Shown: positions 16,701-25,883 of the stretch, one piece after another | Numbering within the stretch: the stretch's first letter is position 1 | Layout: every line of letters begins with the position of its first letter | IMG/VR virus record: IMGVR_UViG_3300035703_000078 | Coordinates: 4,288-68,287 of that record | Reading direction: 5' to 3' (one strand) | Source: a virus | Lineage: Duplodnaviria > Caudoviricetes | DNA length: 64,000 bases | The notes under the pieces: model-generated | What the model was told of the DNA's origin: nothing | The model's input: only the letters and a program-made list of their open reading frames with translations | Databases searched by the model: none | Made by a program: the position numbers and the translations under genes

Positions 16701-19700
16701 GATTAGCATCTGTAATTATTCCATGTAATAGTTCTGAAGACTTACGATATGTATCTCCAAGTCTACGGATAGCAGCTTGTTCCTTTTCATTGAATGAAGG
16801 ATCAATCTTACCGCTGGCTAGGTAACTAAATGACTCTAGGATAATATCTCCAGATCTATTAGTTGCGCCTGGTACTGGGATTGCTGAAGAAAACTCTGAA
16901 ACAATTTGGTTATAAACAGAAGATACTTGATTAACCAATAGATTTACTTGGTATTGGTTTTGTTTAATACCATCCAATCCACCGTTACCTTCAAAGTATG
17001 AATCTACTGTTTGTGCTTCGGCATCAATTAAGTGCGCTAATGATACAATAATACCAAAGGCAGAGTTATAGGTTTGGCCAGATTGATTACCAGTTACAAG
17101 ATAAACAGAAGTAGAAATCTTCTGTAGTGTTTGGATTAATCTATTTCTTGCATGTCCATCGTCTTGCATAGACACAGTGCCTGAGAATAGATTCATCATT
17201 TGTCTAGCTAGATAAGCAGCTGTACCTGGGCTATCGACACGCTTGCCACGAATTTCTGACAGCCTTCTAATAATATGATCTGCCAGTACAATCTCTTCTT
17301 CTGTTGTTTCTGCATAATCAAACTCACGACCTACAACATCATTTCTGTTGCGTAGCCTAGTTAATGTATCATAGTATAGTTCATCAGAGATACCTAAGTG
17401 GTCTACATTGTTCTGCCACTTATCTCTAATAGAGTCTAGTTCTCGTTTAACTCTAGCATATTCTGCCGAGTTTGGATCCAGTGTACTAAGCTCTTGAGTT
17501 AATCTTCTGTACTGATTCTGATTTCTTTCTTGCTCTTCAAGATAAGTAGTACGCTCAGCCAATGTTGAACCGGGATTATAATATACATCCGCATTTGAGA
17601 TAATAAAACTTTCTTCAAGTACATCATCATATACAGCTTTGTCTTCCATTCTAAGATCTGAAGTAGCATCAAAGAATCCGTTAAAGACTCTGTTTACTTT
17701 GTCGGATACACCAACAAATCTACTACCAGTCATTTCATCTAAGAATGTAACTAGATTATTTACAAAGTATTCAATGGATTTAAAGGTTCTCTTCCACCAA
17801 GAATTAACCTTACTAGCTATATTGTTTTCTTCCTCTATAGTCTTTAGCTCAACACGATCTTTACCCATTGCTCTTGTAATAAGCATTTGGCTTCCCCACA
17901 TAACCAAAGCTTCTTCCAAGTTTTGTTGATAGTAAGAAACTAGTTTAGTGATTTCATTTCTAGTTAGCACCCCACCAGCAAAAGCATTAGTAACCATTTT
18001 TTCTATTGCTTCTTGCCCGGTGTCTGTCATTAAGCTTTCAATTGCTTCTTCATAACCAATCCTATCTCTAATCTTAGAATAGTTTAAAGCAATATGAGAT
18101 AGCTCATGTGCTATTACTTCAATAGCTTGTTCAGTTGTTTTGCCAGCAACTGCTGCTTTAATTGTATCTGGAGACTTGGCAAAGACAATATTAAATACAT
18201 CGTTAACCTTACGGATTTTAGCTAATCTATTTCCTTCAACACTATCTATGCTAATAGTCAAGTGACCTTCAAGTTCTGGATGCTTATGTAAAATAAATCC
18301 AACCATAGCTCTATACATCTGTTCTGTCAATGCATCCAACCCTAAAGACTTAATTTGATTATTTAATTGTTCACCTGAATTTACAAATGTAGACAAGAAT
18401 ATTGTTTCATTGCCAAACTTATTGGCTGATTCTTTTGGTCCAGTTCCATAGAATGAAAGACTTAATTGAGAATCTTCTTTTAAGTTTTTAATAGAGTGAG
18501 AAACAGCTAGTCTAACTTTATTCTGTTGTTCTGCATTTAGTTTTTTACCTTTTTCTTCCTGATTAGCAATAAACCGAACAGTAGCATCTAGTTCATTTAG
18601 TTGATCAGTTGGAATATCTAACTGCTGTAAGAAAGCTCTAACTGGTGTATAAAACTCATTAGACTGTGGATCTGTAATGCTTCTAACTACATTTAGAATA
18701 ATTTGGATATCACTAGTTAAAGCATCAACCTTAGCTTTTGAAATACCCTCTCTACTAAACGTGTAATCAACAAGAGCTCTAATAGCATTGAGTTCCATTG
18801 TTGGCTTTGATATAGCCAATGAAATAATTGGAAGTAGTTGTCTAATCTCTTGAGCATTATTATTTAAAGTACTGTTAATAGTATTTAAAGCAGACTTAAG
18901 ATTGTTATTTTCAGCAATTGCTATAGCTCTTTGAAGTGGCATAAGCAAAGCTAGTTCATATGCTTTTACAGTAAATGGTGTAGATCGACTATCTAAATAC
19001 TTAGTAGAAATTAGATTAAAGTTTTCTTTAGCTAAGTATCTAATAGAGTCTAAGATTTCATACTGAACATTATATCGAGCATCATACATACCACCATCTA
19101 AAGTATACAGTGGAGATAGTCCAGCATGAAGAGCCGAGAAAACTGTAGCTTCATCGGCTTTTAATTCTCTAGCCCCATTGTAATATTCTAATGTTCTTTG
19201 CAGATTGCCACGCTCTAGGTTTGATTTCTTTTGACCAATTGATTTATTAGTAGCATAAGCAAGTTCAGCCTGGTTTAGTATAACAGAGTTTCGTAGCGCA
19301 AGTAACAATGAGTTTAACATTTCTGGTGTGAACGCATACTTTGTTTTACTATCATTAACATTTACTTGTGGAACTGGACCAATGGCTGTTTGAATATCCA
19401 TTGTATTAGGTGTTGGTGTATCTACAACAAGTTCAGCTGTATTTTGATACTCATTATAAAGTACATATAGTCCTACGGATCTTATGTCAGCTTCTGTAAA
19501 CTCTGGTCTACTTAGAATTTCTGGTAGCAATGTAACTGCTGCGTTTGCTGGAATTGATTCCGGTATTACCTGACCAGCAGGATCAAACTCGACACCAGCA
19601 ATATTTCTAGCCTTGACAAGTTCAGTGGCTACTTGTTTTACTTTTGTTAGGTTGTAAAGAATAAATACAAGGTTAACAGCATCCATAGCTTGTACGGTTA

Positions 19701-22700
19701 CTGGTAGTGTTCTTGTGTTTTCGTCAATAGGTTGCGAGTCGGGTCCTGCTACTCTAGTTCTTGATGAAACAGTAAGACCATACTTAAGACTTCCTAATTG
19801 TTCTGATGCATCAGACAACATTGTAAGAAGGTTGTAATATGTGGGACTTCCACGCATGCCCTTAAACATCTTTGGATTAAACCCACCAAAGTAATTAAAG
19901 TCTAGCTGTGTTACATCCTTATCCATTGTATTGTGTTGATACTCAATGATATCAAACATGGATGTTAAGAACTTTGATACACCTAAGTTATATTCAGATA
20001 CTAAAGTATTTTCATCTGCATTATAAACCTTACCAAGTTTTCTTAGTAGTGGGTAACCACCTCGGACATGAGCCATTCTAATGAAATGAACAGCAGCCCA
20101 GTTTTCTCTACCTCGCGGTAAGAGATGCATTAATCCATTTTGCTTTGCAAACCTATAAAGTCTGCTTTGAATTCTAGCTTGCTCAACGGCAAGTTTAGTT
20201 GATACATCTGTTAGATTAGTAAGTAAACCCAGTGACATAAGTTCTCTTGGAACATATGGTAAAGATTCTGGGTTTACTGTATGAGTGTAACCTATAGCTT
20301 GTTCTGGAATAATATCTGTTACAGAACTTGGTGCTTTATTCTTCTTACTTGCCCTTACCCAGTTTTCATTTTCTTTATCAATACGGCGTTCAATAGCCAA
20401 TTCTGCTAAAGCGTAAATAGGTAGATCTGTAATATCAATATCGGCAGTCTTGGGTCTAAATGCAAATATACCCATCTTTTGATTAGACTCTTCAAATGCT
20501 TTACTGGTATCCCCAATAACTCGGGATGGAGAAGCAAGGTATCTTAATCCCTGCTCTAGTAGCAAGCCGCGCTTACGGGCTTCTTTAATCCAGTTCTTGG
20601 CGTTAGGTCTTGCACCACCGGGTGTAACAACGGATTCAATCTGAGCCTCTGCCTGGGCTGTTCTTAGGGTTTCTATACTACGCCGTCTGGCATAGAATTC
20701 TCTTTCCTTTTTACTAATGCGCGACCAATCTTCTAGGAATCTTTCAGGTGTCTCTAAAGTTTTATCATTATAGTCATTAGCCATATACTCAGTAGCCAAC
20801 CGTAATTCATATTGCTGTAGGACTAATTGAGTAATGTATCTACGGGCTTCTTCTGGATTTTCTCTTGCTAGTCTAGCAAAAGAAAACTCGTCAATTTCCC
20901 ATAAAGCTGTAGTGTTTACATCGGCTGGATCAAAAGGAGCTGGGGTAGCAACTTGAGAATAAGAAGGACCCTGGTATGAAATACCAGATGGTGTTGTGTA
21001 CATACGACCACCAGCCAAGTCTCTGGCTAAACTCTGGAAGAAAAGATAGTTCCCAGAATTACCAAGATAGTCATTTACATTAACACCAAACTCTTCTGTA
21101 GCTTCTCTAATAGCTTCTTCTCTAATCCTAAGTGGTGTTCTATTAGCAGTGTTTATAGCAGCCAATAGCGGTAAGTCTTTCCAAGCCTGGGGATCTCTAC
21201 CCATAATCTCAGCTAGCTTAATATATTCTCCACGGGTTGTAAGAGTACCACCCTTAGTTCTTACATACTCTCGACCCGCGTTAATTCGGTCAGCCCACAA
21301 TTTAGCAAGACGTTGTTTCTTATTATTAATAGCTGACTCTAAAGATCCAAACTGCATAATATCACTAGGTTTTACCAACATTCTTGCAGCTGCATCAATA
21401 CGAAGATTGATAAGATTAGTTAGTGTTGTATCATCAATGATACCGCGACCAAACTCTGTAGATCTTCCCATTTCTTCAAGAACTGCATGATGTCTTTGTA
21501 TACCATCTTTGTAGAAAAGTTTTTTGTTCCACTCATCTAGTTGTTGTTTTAGTTTAGTTCTACCTTCGACCGAAATATTTATTGTTTCGTCTATTAACTT
21601 AATTAATCCAATAACGCCGCTAAACTCAGCATCCTTTAACAAAAAATTAATATCAGCATTGTTAATAACAATAGATGGGAATGTTTCTTTAAACTCTGGA
21701 TCTTGAGTTTTTTCAAATAGAGCTTGTGAAATACTAGGAATACCGCCCTGATACAAACGAGGTAATACAGCAGCTTTAAAGAAATCTCTAAAGGTTCTCT
21801 TAGATCCTGTTTCATCCATGCTGTTTAAAATAGCATTCCACTTTTCTAATGAATCAAACTTAGCTTGTTCATCTTTAGTTAGCGGTGCTGTTTGTTTTCT
21901 TTCAGATAGTTTAACATACTGCTCTGCAATATTCTTTTGGACTTGAAGAGATACTTGAGTATAAAAGTCATCCTTGTTAGCATCTACAGTTGACCACCAT
22001 TCAGAAAGATTTAGATTTTTTATAAGGTTTGCTACACCTCTAGTACCTACGTCGTTTGGAATATTGTAAGCCAACATTAACATTAACATGTGGTGAATAC
22101 CGTTAAAGTCAAAGTCAAAGTAATCTATATTCTTTAATTGCAGTTTACCAGCTTGAATACCCTTAGCTGTTTCTTCAAGTGATGTTTGAATAGCACCATC
22201 AGTAATACCATATGTTTGATACCAACCCAACTGAGCTACAAGTTGACCGTTGATAATTGATCGTGCAGACCAAGCACCAGGTGATGCTTCTAGTCTGGAG
22301 AATTTTAAACTCTTACCATCATTATCTACAACTACTTTTGTTCTTAAGAATACAGAGTCATGCACTACAGCAACACCAATTGCTGGTAAGTCTAGTAAGG
22401 TTTCTAGAGTTCTATCTAGTGTATCTTCAATTGTTGGAAGCTCATTAAATAACTGTCTGTTATTTACCGTAGGGGTAATATCGGGAATTATTGTTGTTGA
22501 CTTAGCTAATACAGAAACTCTACGCATATACTCAGCCCCACGAATGTCGGCTAGTTTCTTTCGTAGTTCTTCTTCTGACAATCCTTTGTATCTATCACCG
22601 TTTAGAATATGGTTTATTCTTTGCCGTAAAGCCCAGTCATTGTATACTTCTTCATATTGCTTAAGAGATATTGGAGCAAACATAGATACATTTTTTCTAT

Positions 22701-25700
22701 GTGGTTGTCTAACTTTTATAGACTCAGATAGATTCTTTGCATTGTTTTCCAGGTCATTCATTGTAGATAGTGGAGTAACAAATGCTTGCTCTTCAATAAA
22801 TCTAGAATCCATAATACCATCTCGCCTACCCATTGCAATCTGAGCTATAGCATATCCTACATTCCAAGCAGGAGCATAATCAGTATTACCATTACCAAAG
22901 TCTGTTATAGCTTTTGCTTTAACTGATGGCAAGATTACTTCGTTAATAAAAGCTTTAATGTAGTCTGCTTGGGTTTCTGATCCAGTCTTTTCTCTAAATC
23001 CATACTCAACAATCTTTTCATTCATTCGAGAAACTATCTGATCGGCTGGTACTTTATCCCCTGCCATATCTAAGTAGAACTGATTAAATGCTTCAATTAC
23101 TGCTGCTTCATACTGAGACTCAGCTGTTGTACTGGTAGTTGCTTCAATATATTTTGGTTCGCCTTCAATGATTGAAAGAATAAACTTTGGTTCTCCATCA
23201 GAACCAAGTAAAGCTTTCTTTGCTTCAATACCAGCTTGTCTATGTGTTCTCATTAACTTCATCTGAGTAACAAGAACTTCTTGTTCTTTTTTAGTAAGTC
23301 TTTCGGCTTCTTTAATTAAAGTTTCTCCAACTACAGCTGTATCTGGATCTGCTCTTAAAGATAAAGACATATGCAATAGCAACTGATCTCTAACTGCCTC
23401 TGTATTAAATAGCAGTCTAGATGTTCTTTCAGCATTATTAGATTCACCAACAAAGTTATTTATTGCTGGTTGTACTCCAGGTGCATTGTACTCTGAAAAA
23501 AATCCATTAAAGTTACTATTTGTGTTACTGTGGAAAATAGCAAGTTGCCACGTTTGAAGTGGATTACTTAAACTTAAATTTACAGTACTCTTATCTACAT
23601 TGTTTACATTAACAGTAAGATTTCGTGATGGGTTTGATTTTAGGTTTTCAATAATCTCAAATACCAAATCAGAGTCGTTTCTAGAATACTCTAGTGCCTT
23701 TAAAGTTTCTTCTTCTGTTTTTGCTGCAAGTAAAAGATCTACTACACTTGTGCCAGTTACGCCTTTAATCTTTCCTCGACCAAGTGTTGCTGTTGCAAGG
23801 TTGTCTAAATTAACAGTAGCTCCATATTGCATCTTAATCCAAGCGTACATATCGTATGATCTTAAAGCAACCCGAGCGGCTAGATTTGATGATTCTTCTG
23901 TACCGATAGATTTAGCAATACGAGCTAAATCAAATCCAACATTATTAAATCCAGCAACCTTCCATCCCATATTTTGCATTAATTCTAAAGAGCGTAAGAA
24001 TCGCAGTAGATCTTCTTTTGAATAAGCAGTAAAGTTACCAATAGAACCCTTAGCTGGATTTGAAACAAGCTGTTCAATAGAAGGATCAAGTCTTTCTTCT
24101 GTTGCTGAGTGTCTAATAGAAATCATAAAGATCTCATCACCCCTTGTTTCAATATCAAATGAAATAACTCTATCCCAGTTTCTTGCGTACTCATCTGGGT
24201 TTGCTACTTCAGGTAAACCCTTAATTGCCCTTGGATCCATACCTAAATTAGCAAAAGCTTTTTCTAATGCTGGCGGTACAGGTAAGCTAGATAAAGCCGG
24301 AGCTGTTAGTCGTGCTACAGATGTTGCAGTTACAACAGCACTACTAAAATAGATGTCTGGATTTAGTAGGTGTAACTGTGGTCCTAGGGCTGCTAAAACC
24401 ATATCTCTTGACATGTGCTCTGAGAACTGTGGTAGTTTTCTCAGTGTTTCTACACGCTCTAAGGCTTGCTTTAACATTACATAAAGCTTCTTAAAATCAG
24501 TGCCTTCTTTAAACTCTTTAATCTTTTGTTCTCTAGTACTAAGAGTTTCTTCCTTAGCTTTGCTGGCTGTTCTAGCCTTTGGCATAACAGTATCGTTATT
24601 TACCTGGTCTTCGTTTTCAATATCCATGTTATTGCTAGCTGCTTTTAGATTATCTGCTAACATTTGATCTTCTGGTGAAAACTCAAAACCTAAAGCAATG
24701 CCATTTGAAAAAGCCTGATCTATTGCTAGATTAGCTAATGTATTAAAGATAGAAGATAGTGTATTGTTATCTAGTTCAGTGCTTCCCTTTAAGGACTTTG
24801 CTTTTTCTTTTGGATTAACTTTATTGTGGGTATCAATAATTAATTGATCAATAGAAACACCCAAGTCTCCAATTACTGCTTTTAGTTCTGCTACAGTAAC
24901 TTTGCCGCCCTTTTCTTTTCTAATAGCATCCAACAAAGCCTTACTTGTATTAAGCACCTGAATACCCTGTTTGGCTAATTCAAACAATTGCTTATCATGT
25001 TCTAGGGTATTACGAGAATCAATTAGTTCATTTAGAGCAAGGCGGTATGTAGATGAGTTTTTATCAATCTCAGAACTAAGTTCTTTAACTGCTTCATATA
25101 GAGATATTTGACCAGCTGAGTCTGCTTTCTGTTGCTTTCTAAATGCCTTACTTAATAAGATTTCATTTGTTTTTGTGGTAGTTTCTTTGACATTCTCATC
25201 AATCTTTTTTTGAATTTCTTTTTTCTTTTCTGGGTCTGTTTCTCTTTGAAGCTCACCAACTAAAGCAAATCTAGTATTGTTTAGTTGTTTAATTGTCTCA
25301 TTGTTTGAAGCCTCAAATTCATAAGACGCATTAACAGCATTAAGTAAAGCTTTAGTTTTTTCTAGTCTACCTTCAAACTCTATGTTCCTAATAAATCTAC
25401 CAGCATTTCTATTCTGATTTTCGGTTGCTTCTATTTTTCTAATTAATCTATTAAGTGTTCTTGCTTCTTTAATTTTACCTTCACTAAGGAACTTACTCTC
25501 TAGCTTTCTTAGTTTTTTCTTTAGTTCTAGAGTTTCCTTTGTTTTGAATCCCTCGGCAATAAGTACTTTACCTTCCATATAAGCTTGCCACTTAGACCAT
25601 AAAAAAGTAAATTCAGACAGATCATCATTAGTAACTTTAGTTATATCACCCCTAGCTCTTCTAAACTTTGAAATTAGTTTATTAAGCTTATCAATATCTG

Positions 25701-25872
25701 AAGTTGTAAATAAAGAATTAGTAAGGGTTTTTGATACCAAGTCGGCAGATGCATCGGTTTCAACAGACTTTTCAAATAAAGAAACAACAGTATCAATTGT
25801 TTCAGGTTCTGCACCACTTGACTTTAATTCTTCTCGTATCTTGTTTAAAACCTCTTCGCTGCATTTGCCCAT
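13765..25872 (-). CDS. giant internal virion (gp16-position) polyvalent protein: DEDDy exonuclease, T7/N4-family RNAP-like module, HExxH zincin motif
   Basis: 4035 aa; last of the internal virion genes; FD573IE, GFNNVGFD, YSRND; T1135VNNR, D1253FDFNGIHH, R1362DFFK1366AAVLPRLY1374; H2589ELSH; hydrophobic C-terminal region. Confidence 0.75.
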   Translation of the reverse strand: MGKCSEEVLNKIREELKSSGAEPETIDTVVSLFEKSVETDASADLVSKTLTNSLFTTSDIDKLNKLISKFRRARGDITKVTNDDLSEFTFLWSKWQAYMEGKVLIAEGFKTKETLELKKKLRKLESKFLSEGKIKEARTLNRLIRKIEATENQNRNAGRFIRNIEFEGRLEKTKALLNAVNASYEFEASNNETIKQLNNTRFALVGELQRETDPEKKKEIQKKIDENVKETTTKTNEILLSKAFRKQQKADSAGQISLYEAVKELSSEIDKNSSTYRLALNELIDSRNTLEHDKQLFELAKQGIQVLNTSKALLDAIRKEKGGKVTVAELKAVIGDLGVSIDQLIIDTHNKVNPKEKAKSLKGSTELDNNTLSSIFNTLANLAIDQAFSNGIALGFEFSPEDQMLADNLKAASNNMDIENEDQVNNDTVMPKARTASKAKEETLSTREQKIKEFKEGTDFKKLYVMLKQALERVETLRKLPQFSEHMSRDMVLAALGPQLHLLNPDIYFSSAVVTATSVARLTAPALSSLPVPPALEKAFANLGMDPRAIKGLPEVANPDEYARNWDRVISFDIETRGDEIFMISIRHSATEERLDPSIEQLVSNPAKGSIGNFTAYSKEDLLRFLRSLELMQNMGWKVAGFNNVGFDLARIAKSIGTEESSNLAARVALRSYDMYAWIKMQYGATVNLDNLATATLGRGKIKGVTGTSVVDLLLAAKTEEETLKALEYSRNDSDLVFEIIENLKSNPSRNLTVNVNNVDKSTVNLSLSNPLQTWQLAIFHSNTNSNFNGFFSEYNAPGVQPAINNFVGESNNAERTSRLLFNTEAVRDQLLLHMSLSLRADPDTAVVGETLIKEAERLTKKEQEVLVTQMKLMRTHRQAGIEAKKALLGSDGEPKFILSIIEGEPKYIEATTSTTAESQYEAAVIEAFNQFYLDMAGDKVPADQIVSRMNEKIVEYGFREKTGSETQADYIKAFINEVILPSVKAKAITDFGNGNTDYAPAWNVGYAIAQIAMGRRDGIMDSRFIEEQAFVTPLSTMNDLENNAKNLSESIKVRQPHRKNVSMFAPISLKQYEEVYNDWALRQRINHILNGDRYKGLSEEELRKKLADIRGAEYMRRVSVLAKSTTIIPDITPTVNNRQLFNELPTIEDTLDRTLETLLDLPAIGVAVVHDSVFLRTKVVVDNDGKSLKFSRLEASPGAWSARSIINGQLVAQLGWYQTYGITDGAIQTSLEETAKGIQAGKLQLKNIDYFDFDFNGIHHMLMLMLAYNIPNDVGTRGVANLIKNLNLSEWWSTVDANKDDFYTQVSLQVQKNIAEQYVKLSERKQTAPLTKDEQAKFDSLEKWNAILNSMDETGSKRTFRDFFKAAVLPRLYQGGIPSISQALFEKTQDPEFKETFPSIVINNADINFLLKDAEFSGVIGLIKLIDETINISVEGRTKLKQQLDEWNKKLFYKDGIQRHHAVLEEMGRSTEFGRGIIDDTTLTNLINLRIDAAARMLVKPSDIMQFGSLESAINNKKQRLAKLWADRINAGREYVRTKGGTLTTRGEYIKLAEIMGRDPQAWKDLPLLAAINTANRTPLRIREEAIREATEEFGVNVNDYLGNSGNYLFFQSLARDLAGGRMYTTPSGISYQGPSYSQVATPAPFDPADVNTTALWEIDEFSFARLARENPEEARRYITQLVLQQYELRLATEYMANDYNDKTLETPERFLEDWSRISKKEREFYARRRSIETLRTAQAEAQIESVVTPGGARPNAKNWIKEARKRGLLLEQGLRYLASPSRVIGDTSKAFEESNQKMGIFAFRPKTADIDITDLPIYALAELAIERRIDKENENWVRASKKNKAPSSVTDIIPEQAIGYTHTVNPESLPYVPRELMSLGLLTNLTDVSTKLAVEQARIQSRLYRFAKQNGLMHLLPRGRENWAAVHFIRMAHVRGGYPLLRKLGKVYNADENTLVSEYNLGVSKFLTSMFDIIEYQHNTMDKDVTQLDFNYFGGFNPKMFKGMRGSPTYYNLLTMLSDASEQLGSLKYGLTVSSRTRVAGPDSQPIDENTRTLPVTVQAMDAVNLVFILYNLTKVKQVATELVKARNIAGVEFDPAGQVIPESIPANAAVTLLPEILSRPEFTEADIRSVGLYVLYNEYQNTAELVVDTPTPNTMDIQTAIGPVPQVNVNDSKTKYAFTPEMLNSLLLALRNSVILNQAELAYATNKSIGQKKSNLERGNLQRTLEYYNGARELKADEATVFSALHAGLSPLYTLDGGMYDARYNVQYEILDSIRYLAKENFNLISTKYLDSRSTPFTVKAYELALLMPLQRAIAIAENNNLKSALNTINSTLNNNAQEIRQLLPIISLAISKPTMELNAIRALVDYTFSREGISKAKVDALTSDIQIILNVVRSITDPQSNEFYTPVRAFLQQLDIPTDQLNELDATVRFIANQEEKGKKLNAEQQNKVRLAVSHSIKNLKEDSQLSLSFYGTGPKESANKFGNETIFLSTFVNSGEQLNNQIKSLGLDALTEQMYRAMVGFILHKHPELEGHLTISIDSVEGNRLAKIRKVNDVFNIVFAKSPDTIKAAVAGKTTEQAIEVIAHELSHIALNYSKIRDRIGYEEAIESLMTDTGQEAIEKMVTNAFAGGVLTRNEITKLVSYYQQNLEEALVMWGSQMLITRAMGKDRVELKTIEEENNIASKVNSWWKRTFKSIEYFVNNLVTFLDEMTGSRFVGVSDKVNRVFNGFFDATSDLRMEDKAVYDDVLEESFIISNADVYYNPGSTLAERTTYLEEQERNQNQYRRLTQELSTLDPNSAEYARVKRELDSIRDKWQNNVDHLGISDELYYDTLTRLRNRNDVVGREFDYAETTEEEIVLADHIIRRLSEIRGKRVDSPGTAAYLARQMMNLFSGTVSMQDDGHARNRLIQTLQKISTSVYLVTGNQSGQTYNSAFGIIVSLAHLIDAEAQTVDSYFEGNGGLDGIKQNQYQVNLLVNQVSSVYNQIVSEFSSAIPVPGATNRSGDIILESFSYLASGKIDPSFNEKEQAAIRRLGDTYRKSSELLHGIITDANLKDRSRPFHDSYLAFKLDIDQFREEKNKAGYQTRRTQFIQSVSSLIRAKQLSQLQDLDRVHPVTFMLTSGLPTLKTSNSSDMSSEQEFISFIERNASGSTNPNSVEAIIFNSILSYAAQVKEGSVDLATKKDLIRSGATVGNSVALKDLKKGYKALLEASTSRTATVTGLLTAHSSGITPEQVKIIQNAIKNTITSDIGNPPNMKAKLQAMRSERFPIKIKEERNIFSASTNTIPELLAIDFLNTIGSSAAITYKDDINLTVDDIFGDNFTEVLGVEEMRSIRSGFSRDIRSIIKSIGSGLGQQAVSSSLIYKMTGVQGYDVLKLIRILKAYVDGANRPTGSHISQGQFERTEQGVRAKPLSQAEVKLLSDALTVLEHKYQYMWNMRSAVSGDAIGKNAIKFTTQAAHLIWGGNQIAAGILVDSSAAAVGAMMLGGAGGVLGFYGRYIGDVLRLSFGAFSDGWKQTQVRGDFADFAEILWDTNSNFVESWEKLYGEVDFTRKTGRLASRFLSFNQALNMSTSISARTALAKTALVQLNRQLNTNNLEEVRRMLIDGELESGNYRGYVTLMKKLKNNGFRKLSSPETILRMKAAGMFEVGVIESLKFLKQSGPISISQYMDKILDLDKDFSVNVDGVTVNKQMLIQAVGAIEKFQDLAVKQSLISSSAFDGVTDDSPLSKFLSLYRSYSILFAGQMLLRNSARMSTSKMAGLMLVYTITDIMYQTMLAAASGFLAGDEIERLLRGEPSEKTIKLIAKAAVRNPMFTLQGNFLLDTSLFLADTVAGNKGLEPEIAPLGVTAMVRLLKNLATNTNTFINAQSDEERIKSAYNGGLYLLPILNQAWFKTLINQGLATEAKKQTMGSFDSGRRNSEGRPMNTAFATAYAEYENMQLPTPNNIAQAILKSLYQTEMNNKLQQYMHQFKKKQMPNLGLTAPETPVPEKPVETTSTSEVMVGPKPSTSSSLQKEATTPIKAPDSLK

Positions 25873-25883
25873 TTGTATTCTCC

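Noticed and set aside
21700-24170. Second family A DNA polymerase in the giant protein
   Set aside because: The exonuclease-then-polymerase layout fits, but motif A is DxxxNGxxH (RNAP type) rather than DxxxxELR; kept only as a less likely alternative
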